This document shows, one piece after another, positions 38,817 through 46,703 of a DNA stretch of 64,000 nucleotides. Made by a program: the position numbers and the translations under genes. Origin of the DNA: an archaeon. GTDB lineage: Archaea > Nanobdellota > Nanobdellia > Pacearchaeales > DTIR01. The first letter of the stretch is position 1. Each line of letters starts with the position of its first letter. The stretch lies in contig JAZDNM010000003.1 of NCBI GenBank assembly GCA_043799715.1, forward strand, positions 288,270-352,269, read 5' to 3'. Under the pieces are notes generated by a model that was given only the letters and a program-made list of their open reading frames with translations, was not told where the DNA came from and ran no database searches.

Positions 38817-39806
38817 TTATCCAGTTCTTGCAGCAGTGAATTCACTAGTCCAATAATGAGGTGTTTCATAATAATTGGGATTAGCAATCCCATCAGTATA
38901 TCCCGCATTTGCGATTTCACCGGTGCATCTTGGGTCAGGGCTATGGCATGTTATTAATGTTAAGCTTAAAGTATTCCCTGAGACAGCAGCAGTATAATCA
39001 TAACCAGAAGCTGAAAATTTGGCACTCGTTCCAGTGACTGTTCCGGTTGTTATCGGTATTGTCCCTGTAGTTCCAACTGTTGTACTGGAAAAAATTTCAC
39101 CGCAAGCAGAAATCAGTTTCGTCACAGTAAGTGCTATAGTCCCTTTTAATTCATTTCCATCTTGCGTAAAGTTAAATTGCTCCCATACTTCTATGCTGCA
39201 GCCGGGAATAAATGAATGCTCCGGCCCATTCATTATCCATATCCCTGTCCCTTCCCATGTTCCTGGAAATCCAGTGCCTGAAAATACATTTGTGTTTGAA
39301 TCATCGCCAGCATAATTTGTATTTATCAAGTATGTCCTGCATGCAGACTTTCCACCAGCATCTTTTATACAGACTTCAAACTTGCCGCCCTTTCCTGTTG
39401 GCGTGCCCCTCAATACACCGTCAATGCCAAGAATAAGCCCCATCGGAGGAAATCCAGCTCCCGAACCGAGATAGAAAGTGTAAATGGCTGATCCTGCAAT
39501 GCCATCAGGATTTGACGAGAGAGGATTTGACGAAGAACTTACTGCAGTGCTATTAGGATTCAACAAAAGAATCAGCCCAGGAGCAAAGTCATAACTATAA
39601 TTAACACCAATAATAAATTTTTCCGGAAACGTCCAGACATTGGAATTAGAATCTCCAGAATTAGAAAACTGGTTCTTCCCTATCTGATAGAAAACAAACA
39701 CAAATATCAATGCCATAATGAAGAATAAAGGAAGCATCCATTTTCTGCGAGCCCGAAACTTTTCTAGATTGAATTCTTTGGGGGATACCCCCTTTTTTTC
39801 TGCCAT
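38817..39806 (-). CDS. Membrane-anchored protein with putative Ig domain
   Basis: TM helix; GAGFPPMGLIL..DGVLRGTPT...FEVCIKD. Confidence 0.7.
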   Translation of the reverse strand: MAEKKGVSPKEFNLEKFRARRKWMLPLFFIMALIFVFVFYQIGKNQFSNSGDSNSNVWTFPEKFIIGVNYSYDFAPGLILLLNPNSTAVSSSSNPLSSNPDGIAGSAIYTFYLGSGAGFPPMGLILGIDGVLRGTPTGKGGKFEVCIKDAGGKSACRTYLINTNYAGDDSNTNVFSGTGFPGTWEGTGIWIMNGPEHSFIPGCSIEVWEQFNFTQDGNELKGTIALTVTKLISACGEIFSSTTVGTTGTIPITTGTVTGTSAKFSASGYDYTAAVSGNTLSLTLITCHSPDPRCTGEIANAGYTDGIANPNYYETPHYWTSEFTAARTG

Positions 39807-39890
39807 ATAAGACTAACAAATTCCAACTTTAATAATATATCCCAAAAATGAAAATCTTTCTTCGACAAAATAGTAAATGCCTGTTAAAAT

Positions 39891-39917
39891 AAGCCGAGCC
39901 GCGGCGAGGCGCTCTCT
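39891..39917 (+). repeat. Tandem-GA hairpin element, direct repeat of 37167
   Basis: AAGCC-GA-GCCGCGGC-GA-GGC-GCTCTCT. Confidence 0.85.
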
Positions 39918-39922
39918 GGTTT

Positions 39923-40219
39923 TCAGCAGATATAGGAAGGAACTGGCTCTTCAGGACTGATTTGTTCAGGGAGGATTTTTTGCCTGTGATGAGGCTTTGA
40001 TTTTGCTGCCCTTTTTTCTATGCTTTCCTCGATTATCTTTGAAATCGGCTTGCCTGTTTCTTTTCTCAGCTCTTTCAGCCTGCTGATAGTTCCAACTGAC
40101 AAAGTGATGTCTATTCTTTTCCTCTGGAACGGCAGGGTTCTTGTCCTGTCATAATTTTCAAGGGCATCAAAAACATCCTTATATTTTTCCAGTATCCTGT
40201 TTATCTTACCTGATTGCAT
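39923..40219 (-). CDS. RHH-like partner (putative antitoxin) of the Doc/Fic gene
   Basis: RKRIDITLS...RLKELRKETGKPISKIIE; overlaps the Doc stop. Confidence 0.65.
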   Translation of the reverse strand: MQSGKINRILEKYKDVFDALENYDRTRTLPFQRKRIDITLSVGTISRLKELRKETGKPISKIIEESIEKRAAKSKPHHRQKILPEQISPEEPVPSYIC

Positions 40220-40547
40220 TTTTCAGTCTCCATTCTATATTTCTTATGTCTGTTATGTTCTGTTTTGCTATCGCAACAATATGATGAAGCAGCAGCTCCC
40301 TATCAACCTGTTTCTTGTGCTCCTCTGCAAAGGCAAATGAGACAAATGCTGCTGTTCTCTTATTTCCATCTGAAAACGGATGATCAACAAGTATGGCTCT
40401 CCAAAGATAAGCCAGCTTCTTGTAAATTCCAAGCTTCCTGCTTTTCTGCATGTCCAAGGCAAAATCAATGCTTGAACCGCTTCTCAAATTGCCGCCAAAT
40501 CCCCTGTTCACCCTCAGAAGGTCTTCCTTGCTAATTTCCATACACAT
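40206..40547 (-). CDS. Doc/Fic family toxin
   Basis: Doc-type motif HPFSDGNKRTA. Confidence 0.88.
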   Translation of the reverse strand: MCMEISKEDLLRVNRGFGGNLRSGSSIDFALDMQKSRKLGIYKKLAYLWRAILVDHPFSDGNKRTAAFVSFAFAEEHKKQVDRELLLHHIVAIAKQNITDIRNIEWRLKNAIR

Positions 40548-40677
40548 AAATATTGGTAAGTTATATTTAAACCTTTCGGCTGCGGGTTTTTCTGGCGGGG
40601 TTCTAGGGGGTTTTCAGGGGGCAAGGGGTTGAGCGGGAACTCATAACATTTATAAATTCTGTTCGATGTTTGATATT

Positions 40678-40839
40678 ATGGGAGCAAGACCGCCTGAGTC
40701 AAAAAGGAGAAGAATGGAATACAACATGGACCAGGAAGTTTATGACAATTTTGTCAAGGCATGCAGCAGAAAAGGACTAGCCCCGCAAGTTTTGATTGAG
40801 CAGTTTATGAAGAAGTTCAACCAGACAGGGCAGGTTTAA
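40678..40839 (+). CDS. Small RHH-like protein (53 aa, missing from the ORF track)
   Basis: RRMEYNMDQEVYDNFVKACSRKGLAPQVLIEQFMKKF; TTTATAAA upstream. Confidence 0.65.
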   Translation: MGARPPESKRRRMEYNMDQEVYDNFVKACSRKGLAPQVLIEQFMKKFNQTGQV

Positions 40840-40887
40840 GGTTTCTAGAAAGTCAAAAGCCTAAATTTATTTAAATAAACATCAGAT

Positions 40888-41313
40888 CTATTTTGAATCG
40901 TCTTCTTTCTCTTCTTCGTCTTCATCTTCCACATCAAGTTCCAAGGATTCTAAAACCTGGAGTATCTTGTCAAGTTTTGCGTTAAGCTGGCTGAACTGCT
41001 CGGGGGATATTCCTGGCTGGGATTGCCTCTCCTGGTTTCTTGAACTGAAATTACTGCCCTCAAAACTATCATTTTTCTTAAAACAATCACTGCAAAAAAC
41101 AGGCTTGCCGGTTGTCGGCCTGAATGGAACTTCGCATCTTTTTCCGCATTTGCTGCAGGTAGTTTCATGCATTTCAAAAGGCCTTCTCTCAGATCCTCTG
41201 GAATCTCTGCCCCTGAACTCTTCTCTTCCGCCAGATCTGCCTCCTCCATACCTATCTCTAAATCCTTCCCTGCCCCGGAATTCTCCTTGATTGTCTGATC
41301 TGAAGTTTCTCAT
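40888..41313 (-). CDS. CxxC-x17-CxxC zinc domain protein with RGG-rich N-terminus
   Basis: CSKCGKRCEVPFRPTTGKPVFCSDCF. Confidence 0.9.
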   Translation of the reverse strand: MRNFRSDNQGEFRGREGFRDRYGGGRSGGREEFRGRDSRGSERRPFEMHETTCSKCGKRCEVPFRPTTGKPVFCSDCFKKNDSFEGSNFSSRNQERQSQPGISPEQFSQLNAKLDKILQVLESLELDVEDEDEEEKEDDSK

Positions 41314-41481
41314 GCATTCTTAATCAAATGTTGGTTTATAAAGTTATATTGTCCGCACAAATTGATTTCGGGAATTCAATAAAATTAACTGAAAACAAAA
41401 AACAAGGAATTCCTATCCTTCATTCAAAAGAGGGGATTGCCCCTTGCAAAATATTTATAATCTACAGCATTCTACTTCTAT

Positions 41482-41799
41482 ATGGACATAATATTTATGA
41501 TTCTGGCTGCAGCAAGCGGACTGTTATTCACTGGAGGAGATGTTTTCCTGAAATATTGGGCTGTAAAACCCAATCCTTATCATATGGCAATAGCTTTTGT
41601 ATTTTATATAATTGCAGGCACTGTTCTGGCATTTTCTTTCAAAAGAAAGGAAATTGCAGTTGCGGTTGCTGTGCTTATCTGCTTTAATCTGATAACAGTG
41701 GCAATTTTGGGGTTTACTCTATTCAAGGAAACACTTGGATTAAAGGAGATAATTGGCATAAGCCTGGCAATTGTTACGATAATAATTCTGAATATTTAG
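41482..41799 (+). CDS. SMR/DMT family small transporter
   Basis: Four TM helices; LFKETLGLKEIIGI. Confidence 0.8.
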   Translation: MDIIFMILAAASGLLFTGGDVFLKYWAVKPNPYHMAIAFVFYIIAGTVLAFSFKRKEIAVAVAVLICFNLITVAILGFTLFKETLGLKEIIGISLAIVTIIILNI

Positions 41800-41803
41800 A
41801 AAT

Positions 41804-42035
41804 GGCGAGTGCCATCAGGCACGAGCTCTCTTTTATCTCTATCTCTGCTCCCGTTTTTCCGGGCAGGGTTTCAGCAGGGAGGTTTCTTTAATCAGGGGGA
41901 GTTTTCTTTCAGGGCTCGATAGGGCGGGCGGGTGGGGCAGTGCGGTTAGAATAAGCCGAAGCCCAGCAGGGCTGAGGCACTCTTCGTGAGGGGGTGAGTG
42001 AGGGGGTGGGAAGTGGGGCGAGCGGGGGTGGAGGT
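41804..42035 (+). repeat. Composite repeat: GA hairpin (41804-41830), G-rich repeat copy 2 (41835-41941), GA hairpin (41953-41994) and G-tract cluster
   Basis: GGC-GA-GTGCC-ATCA-GGCAC-GA-GCT and GCC-GA-AGCCC-AGCA-GGGCT-GA-GGC; aligns with the 24184 copy. Confidence 0.85.
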
Positions 42036-42040
42036 TTCAA

Positions 42041-42292
42041 TTATTTCTCGTAAATGTTTTTTCTATGCCCAACTTTAGTGACTTTTATTGTCTTTAAAGA
42101 GCTGTCAACATCAACTATTGCCCTGTAATCTCCGATTCTAAGCTTAAAGCCGTTAATTTCTGCCAGATGCTCAAGAAACCTGAAAGGCTCTTCCTTGCAT
42201 AACTGGAGTTTATTCCAGATTCTTTCTTTTACTTCCTTGCCAAGCTTATTCAAATCATGCAGAGCCTTCTTTTCAAAAATAAGCTGGTACAT
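42041..42292 (-). CDS. relE: RelE/ParE family toxin
   Basis: KALHDLNKL...FKLRIGDYRAI...VGHRKNIY. Confidence 0.92.
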   Translation of the reverse strand: MYQLIFEKKALHDLNKLGKEVKERIWNKLQLCKEEPFRFLEHLAEINGFKLRIGDYRAIVDVDSSLKTIKVTKVGHRKNIYEK

Positions 42293-42295
42293 GCC

Positions 42296-42532
42296 TTAAA
42301 GACCAAGAATTTTCTTCGCCTCTTCTTCTGTGTAGAACTCGCCTTTTTTAATTCTTTCTCTGGCTTCCTTGATTTCAAGAATAGTTTTTTGGCTTAATTT
42401 GGGCTCTTTCTCGCACACTTTTGCAAGATAGAGCAGCTTTCTGACTACCTCATCATAGCTTTCGCTCTTGTATTGCCTGAACTGGTCAAGCTCTGTTTTT
42501 GTTGCAGGGTTTAATTTTATTGTTGTTTCCAT
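42296..42532 (-). CDS. Antitoxin (RHH-like)
   Basis: TTIKL...TK.EL...ESYDEVV.KL...IKKGEFYTEEEAKK; upstream of RelE. Confidence 0.85.
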   Translation of the reverse strand: METTIKLNPATKTELDQFRQYKSESYDEVVRKLLYLAKVCEKEPKLSQKTILEIKEARERIKKGEFYTEEEAKKILGL

Positions 42533-42570
42533 ATACTTCGGTATACTTAGGTATACTATTTAAACCTTTC
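42533..42570 (-). promoter_or_regulatory. TA promoter with TATAC operator repeats
   Basis: Three TATACT boxes next to CGAAAGGTTTAAATA on the minus strand. Confidence 0.6.
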
Positions 42571-42580
42571 GGCAGCGGAT

Positions 42581-42794
42581 TATATCTCTGCTCCGTTTTT
42601 TCCGGGCAGGGTTGTGTTCTAGGGATTTCTTTAGCTAGGGGATTTTTCTCAGAGATTGATAGGGCGGGTGGGAGGGGCAGTTCTCATTTTTTGGGGTGAG
42701 GGGGCGAGCCGCAGCGAGCCCGGGTAGGGGGGTTTGGTTCTGGTAGGGGTGAGGGCGAGCCCCAGCAGGGGGCGAGTGCCATCAGGCACGAGCC
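42581..42794 (+). repeat. G-rich repeat copy 3 plus three GA hairpins (42702-42721, 42751-42777, 42771-42794)
   Basis: Aligns with copy 1 through the terminal hairpin. GGCGAGTGCCATCAGGCACGAGC is identical to the one at 41804. Confidence 0.85.
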
Positions 42795-42899
42795 ATGGGG
42801 CGATAGGGTTTTGGGCTTGGGTGAGATGGGCTGATTCCTGTAGACAGATGTAGACAAAAAATAGAAAGATTTAAATATGTAGTCACCTAATATATCTGT

Positions 42900-43835
42900 A
42901 TGTATACCGAAAAAAGAGAAATTAATGGAAAGGTCAAGTATTATCTCGCGCATTCATTCAGGGAAGGCGGCAAAGTCCATAAGATAAGAAAGTATCTTGG
43001 GGCGGATTTGAATCCTCAAAGCTTGAAAGAAAGGGGGGAAAAAGCAAAACAGCTGATTCTTGAAGAAATAAATCAATACAAGATAATAAAAGACCCGCTG
43101 CAAATTCCCTTATCCAACAAAGAGATAGAATTGGTCAAGAATTTAGAAGCAAAGGGGGAATTAAAGGTATTTCATCTATCTGAGAAGCAGTGGGAGCTAT
43201 TTTCAGAATTGTTTACATACAGCACAAACGCAATAGAGGGAAGCGAATTAGACCGCATAGAAGTCAAGGAGATTTTAGAGAAAGATGCATGGCCTAAAAA
43301 GTCAAAAGAGGATATTGCTGAAGCTTATGGTGTAAATGAAGCAGTTCAGTACATAAGAAACACAAAAGAGCATTTATCATTGAATTTGATAAAAGAGCTT
43401 CACAAAATTGTTTTTAAAAATTCCAAAAATTTCGCGGGATATTTTAGGATGCGCGGAGAAGAGGTTGTTGTAAGAGATGGTCTTGGGAATGTTGTTCATT
43501 ATGGAGCCCCGCAATCGCGAGTTCTCACGCTGCTGAACGAGCTGGTTGGATGGTATGGCAAGAACAGAGAAAAATATCCTGCCCTGATTCTGGCGGCAGT
43601 GGTTCATAATCAGTTTGAGAACATACATCCTTTTAAAGACGGGAACGGCAGAGTCGGCAGGTTATTGCTGAATAATATCCTAATAAAAAATAAACTGCCT
43701 CCCGTCAATATAGATTTTGAAAATAGAAAGCAGTATTACTCAGCATTGCAAGAATACGAAAAGAATCATAATCTAAAACCAACAATTGACCTCCTTTTGA
43801 AAGAATATAGGGCATTGAGAAGGAGATTTAGGTGA
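42900..43835 (+). CDS. Fic domain protein with N-terminal beta-sheet DNA-binding-like domain
   Basis: STNAIEG inhibitory-helix motif, HPFKDGNGRVGR; N-terminus YYLAHSFREGGKVHKIRKYLG. Confidence 0.92.
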   Translation: MYTEKREINGKVKYYLAHSFREGGKVHKIRKYLGADLNPQSLKERGEKAKQLILEEINQYKIIKDPLQIPLSNKEIELVKNLEAKGELKVFHLSEKQWELFSELFTYSTNAIEGSELDRIEVKEILEKDAWPKKSKEDIAEAYGVNEAVQYIRNTKEHLSLNLIKELHKIVFKNSKNFAGYFRMRGEEVVVRDGLGNVVHYGAPQSRVLTLLNELVGWYGKNREKYPALILAAVVHNQFENIHPFKDGNGRVGRLLLNNILIKNKLPPVNIDFENRKQYYSALQEYEKNHNLKPTIDLLLKEYRALRRRFR

Positions 43836-43961
43836 CCACACTGCTCACTTTTGTAGACACCCAGTTTTCTAATCCCAATATTCCGTTTAGGCTGCGGGGT
43901 TAGGGGGCAGTTTTCTTTTTTATGGGGGGCGAGTTCTGGTTAGGGGTGTTGGTTAGGCATG

Positions 43962-44003
43962 AAGCCGAAGCCCAGCAGGGCTGAGGCACTCTTCGTGAGG
44001 GGG
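43962..44003 (+). repeat. GA hairpin element identical to 41953-41994
   Basis: AAGCCGAAGCCCAGCAGGGCTGAGGCACTCTTCGTGAGGGGG. Confidence 0.9.
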
Positions 44004-44040
44004 GGAAACCCTTAAAAAATCCTTATTCTTGAAACAAAAC

Positions 44041-45249
44041 ATGCCAATATACAGCCACTCAAGGCTTTCTACTTATGAGCAATGCCCTTTGAAGTATAAG
44101 TTTTCTTATATTGATAAAATAGAGACAGAGGCTGAGCAGAGTATTGAGGCATTTCTTGGGAGCATGGTCCATGATGTTCTAGAATGGCTTTACAAGAATG
44201 TAAAGATGACTAAAATTCCTTCCTTGAAGGAATGCATTGATTACTATGAAGAACAATGGAAAAAGAATTACACAAAAGATATTGTGATAAACTCAAAGTT
44301 TACAGCTTCTCATTACTTTAATCTTGGCAAGAATTTCATAACAAAGTATTACCAAGGGTATGCTCCTTTTGAAGAGAATACAATAGCAATGGAGAAAAGG
44401 GTTTTAATCGATTTGGATGGGAGCGGGAAGTACAAGCTTCAGGGATATATTGACAGGCTAGTGTATGATGATGAAGAGAATGTATATGAGATTCATGACT
44501 ACAAGACAAACAAGGCGTTAAAGGAGCAGATGGAGCTGGAAGAAGACAGGCAGCTTGCTTTATACTCAATTGCTGTAAAGGCAATGTATCCAGATGCCCA
44601 TAAAATCGGCTTGGTGTGGCATTTTCTTGCATTTGACAAGGAATTCTGCATATACAAGACAGACGAACAGCTTGAAAACCTGAAGAAAAAGACAATAAAA
44701 GTTATACAAGAGATAGAATCAGCCAAAGAGTTCAAGCCAAATCCATCAAAACTTTGCTATTGGTGTGAGTTTCAATCTCTATGCCCTCAGTTCAAGCATC
44801 TTGCAGAAGTTCAGGAAAAGTCTGCTAACAAGTTTTTGAAAGAAGAGGGGGTAAAGCTAGTCAATAGGTATGCTGAACTGACAAAGCAGAAGAGGGAGAT
44901 TGTTGACAAGATTGAAAAAGAGATGGAGCAACTCAAAGAGGCAATAGTGCAATATGCTAAAAAGAAAGGCGTTGATGTGATATTCGGGAGCAATAATAAG
45001 CTTGCAATCAAGTTCTCTGAAAACCTAAAACTGCCAGGAAAGAATACTAAAGAGCGCGAAGAACTGGACAATCTAATTAAGAAATTGGATAAATGGGATG
45101 AGGTTTCAACCTTGGACACCTTTGCCCTAACGCACATCCTGGAAGACAAGGAATGGCCTGATGAAATTTTAAAGAAGATAGAGAAGTTTGGCGAGATGGA
45201 AGAATCAGTCAGGTTGAGCTTGAGCAAGAGGGAAGAGGGGGAAGAGTGA
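44041..45249 (+). CDS. RecB-family PD-(D/E)XK nuclease with Fe-S-type cysteines
   Basis: SHSRLSTYEQCP, GSMVH, GYIDRL, HDYKT, QLALY, CYWCEFQSLCP. Confidence 0.92.
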   Translation: MPIYSHSRLSTYEQCPLKYKFSYIDKIETEAEQSIEAFLGSMVHDVLEWLYKNVKMTKIPSLKECIDYYEEQWKKNYTKDIVINSKFTASHYFNLGKNFITKYYQGYAPFEENTIAMEKRVLIDLDGSGKYKLQGYIDRLVYDDEENVYEIHDYKTNKALKEQMELEEDRQLALYSIAVKAMYPDAHKIGLVWHFLAFDKEFCIYKTDEQLENLKKKTIKVIQEIESAKEFKPNPSKLCYWCEFQSLCPQFKHLAEVQEKSANKFLKEEGVKLVNRYAELTKQKREIVDKIEKEMEQLKEAIVQYAKKKGVDVIFGSNNKLAIKFSENLKLPGKNTKEREELDNLIKKLDKWDEVSTLDTFALTHILEDKEWPDEILKKIEKFGEMEESVRLSLSKREEGEE

Positions 45250-45533
45250 GTGAGTAGGGGGAAAGGGTTAAATAAACTTATAAATTAAAATGGGGAGCAT
45301 ATAAAAATGTCAAAAATATCTAATCATAAGCTTTATAAAAATAGTACTGGTAGTAGTATTAGAATGTTCCCCAGTGATCTTTCGGGGTCGCTGGATGAGT
45401 CATTACATAAAGCTTTTAAACCTAAAAAGGCATATAATTATAATTTAACTCCCCGGTATGACTCACTTGTGGGTAATGCCGGGCTTCCTATTCCTTCTCA
45501 AAATTTTCTTGTATTTATCTCAGGAGAGTTAAT

Positions 45534-46181
45534 ATGAAAAAAGCAATTGTTTTCGTTGATGCTAATAATTGGTACCATAATGTTAAGAGGTATTACACTC
45601 CTAGCGAGGTAGATATAATAAAAATAGCAGACTTTATTAAAAATACCAAAGATTATTCAATAATTGAGATAAGGTGGTATACTTCCATCCCAAGTATAGA
45701 AGATGGGGAAAAAATGTATTTTCAACATCTATCTTTTATATCCCATCTTAAGAACCAAGGGATTAAAGTGATAGAAAGAAAATTGCAAAGAATACCTAAT
45801 AAAGAGATCTTAAAAAAACGGAGAGAACTGCTAGATTCTTTAGACTTATGTAAGGTATGCAAACCAATAGTAGATGCTCAATTTTTAGAAATCGCAGATA
45901 TAAGAAAAAAAGAAAAAGGGATTGATGTATGGATAGCTGTAGATATGATTAATAAATCTGTCATAACAAAAGAATGTGATGTCTGTGTTTTGATATCTGG
46001 AGATGCGGATTTTGTTCCCGCTTTTGAATTAATTAGAGTTAATGGAAAGGAAGTTCTAAGTTCTGCTGTCCCTTGGGGCTATTCTTCAGAATTGAGGGCA
46101 AAGTTTCCTTATCTAATCTTAAACCCAGATATTTTAAAAAAATGCTTTAGGGATTATGAAAGCAAGAAGAGAAAGGAGTAG
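45534..46181 (+). CDS. NYN domain (PIN-fold) ribonuclease
   Basis: VFVDANNWY, EKGIDVWIAVDM, LISGDADFVP. Confidence 0.92.
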   Translation: MKKAIVFVDANNWYHNVKRYYTPSEVDIIKIADFIKNTKDYSIIEIRWYTSIPSIEDGEKMYFQHLSFISHLKNQGIKVIERKLQRIPNKEILKKRRELLDSLDLCKVCKPIVDAQFLEIADIRKKEKGIDVWIAVDMINKSVITKECDVCVLISGDADFVPAFELIRVNGKEVLSSAVPWGYSSELRAKFPYLILNPDILKKCFRDYESKKRKE

Positions 46182-46188
46182 GATAAAC

Positions 46189-46254
46189 ATGTTAGACCAG
46201 CAATTAAAATCGCAGATAAACTGGTTCTGGGATAAGTTCTGGAGCAGGGCATGA
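46189..46254 (+). pseudogene. N-terminal stub of a type I RM HsdM-like gene
   Basis: MLDQQLKSQINWFWDKFWSRA* resembles the HsdM N-terminus (LKS.I..LWD.FWSGG); SD GGAG upstream. Confidence 0.6.
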
Positions 46255-46303
46255 AGAGAGTGTGAGGATGAGCTTGAGCAAGAGGAAAGAGGGGGAAGAG
46301 TAG
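46253..46303 (+). repeat. Diverged second copy of the nuclease gene 3' end (45199-45249)
   Basis: Encodes EESVRMSLSKRKEGEE* versus EESVRLSLSKREEGEE*. Confidence 0.9.
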
Positions 46304-46320
46304 AAATTAATATTAATAAA

Positions 46321-46342
46321 GGCGAAGAGCTCACTCTGAGCC
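46321..46342 (+). repeat. Tandem-GA hairpin element
   Basis: GGC-GA-AGAG-CTCA-CTCT-GA-GCC. Confidence 0.8.
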
Positions 46343-46477
46343 GCTATCTTTTATCTTTAATCACTATATTCCGTTTAAGCTGCAGGGTTGTGTTCTAGGG
46401 GTTCTGATTGGGCGAAGTTAAGCTTGGGAGAGGGAGTGATGGAAAGGGTTAAAAATTCCTTATTTCTATACTTTATT

Positions 46478-46651
46478 ATGGCAGTAATGGGAAGAAAGAA
46501 GCAGATGATTGCTAATATGATAGCGGGAAGGGGGATGAGGATTAATAAGGCTCTGCAGGAGAGAAAGGAAAAGGAGAAAGAGCAGGAGATTAGTGAGGAG
46601 GAGCATCAGAAGAGGTTAAATTTATTAAAAGAAGCTGGGGTTTTGAAATAA
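46478..46651 (+). CDS. Small hypothetical protein
   Basis: After the promoter-like GAAAGGGTTAAAA; ISEEEHQKRLNLLKEAG. Confidence 0.65.
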   Translation: MAVMGRKKQMIANMIAGRGMRINKALQERKEKEKEQEISEEEHQKRLNLLKEAGVLK

Positions 46652-46703
46652 CGAGGGGCGAGAAAACCGATAGGGTTAAAAATAATATCATCCATAAGAT
46701 TGT

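Noticed and set aside
44041..45249. Cas4 or CRISPR adaptation locus
   Set aside because: No cas1/cas2 and no repeat-spacer array in the window; the motifs fit a stand-alone RecB-family nuclease.
37167..46342. GA hairpins as CRISPR repeats, SECIS elements, K-turns, canonical attC sites or simple terminators
   Set aside because: Spacing is irregular and gene-sized, no in-frame TGA selenoprotein was seen, there is no 3-nt K-turn bulge and no RYYYAAC/GTTRRRY ends, and orientation is fixed regardless of the neighbouring gene direction.
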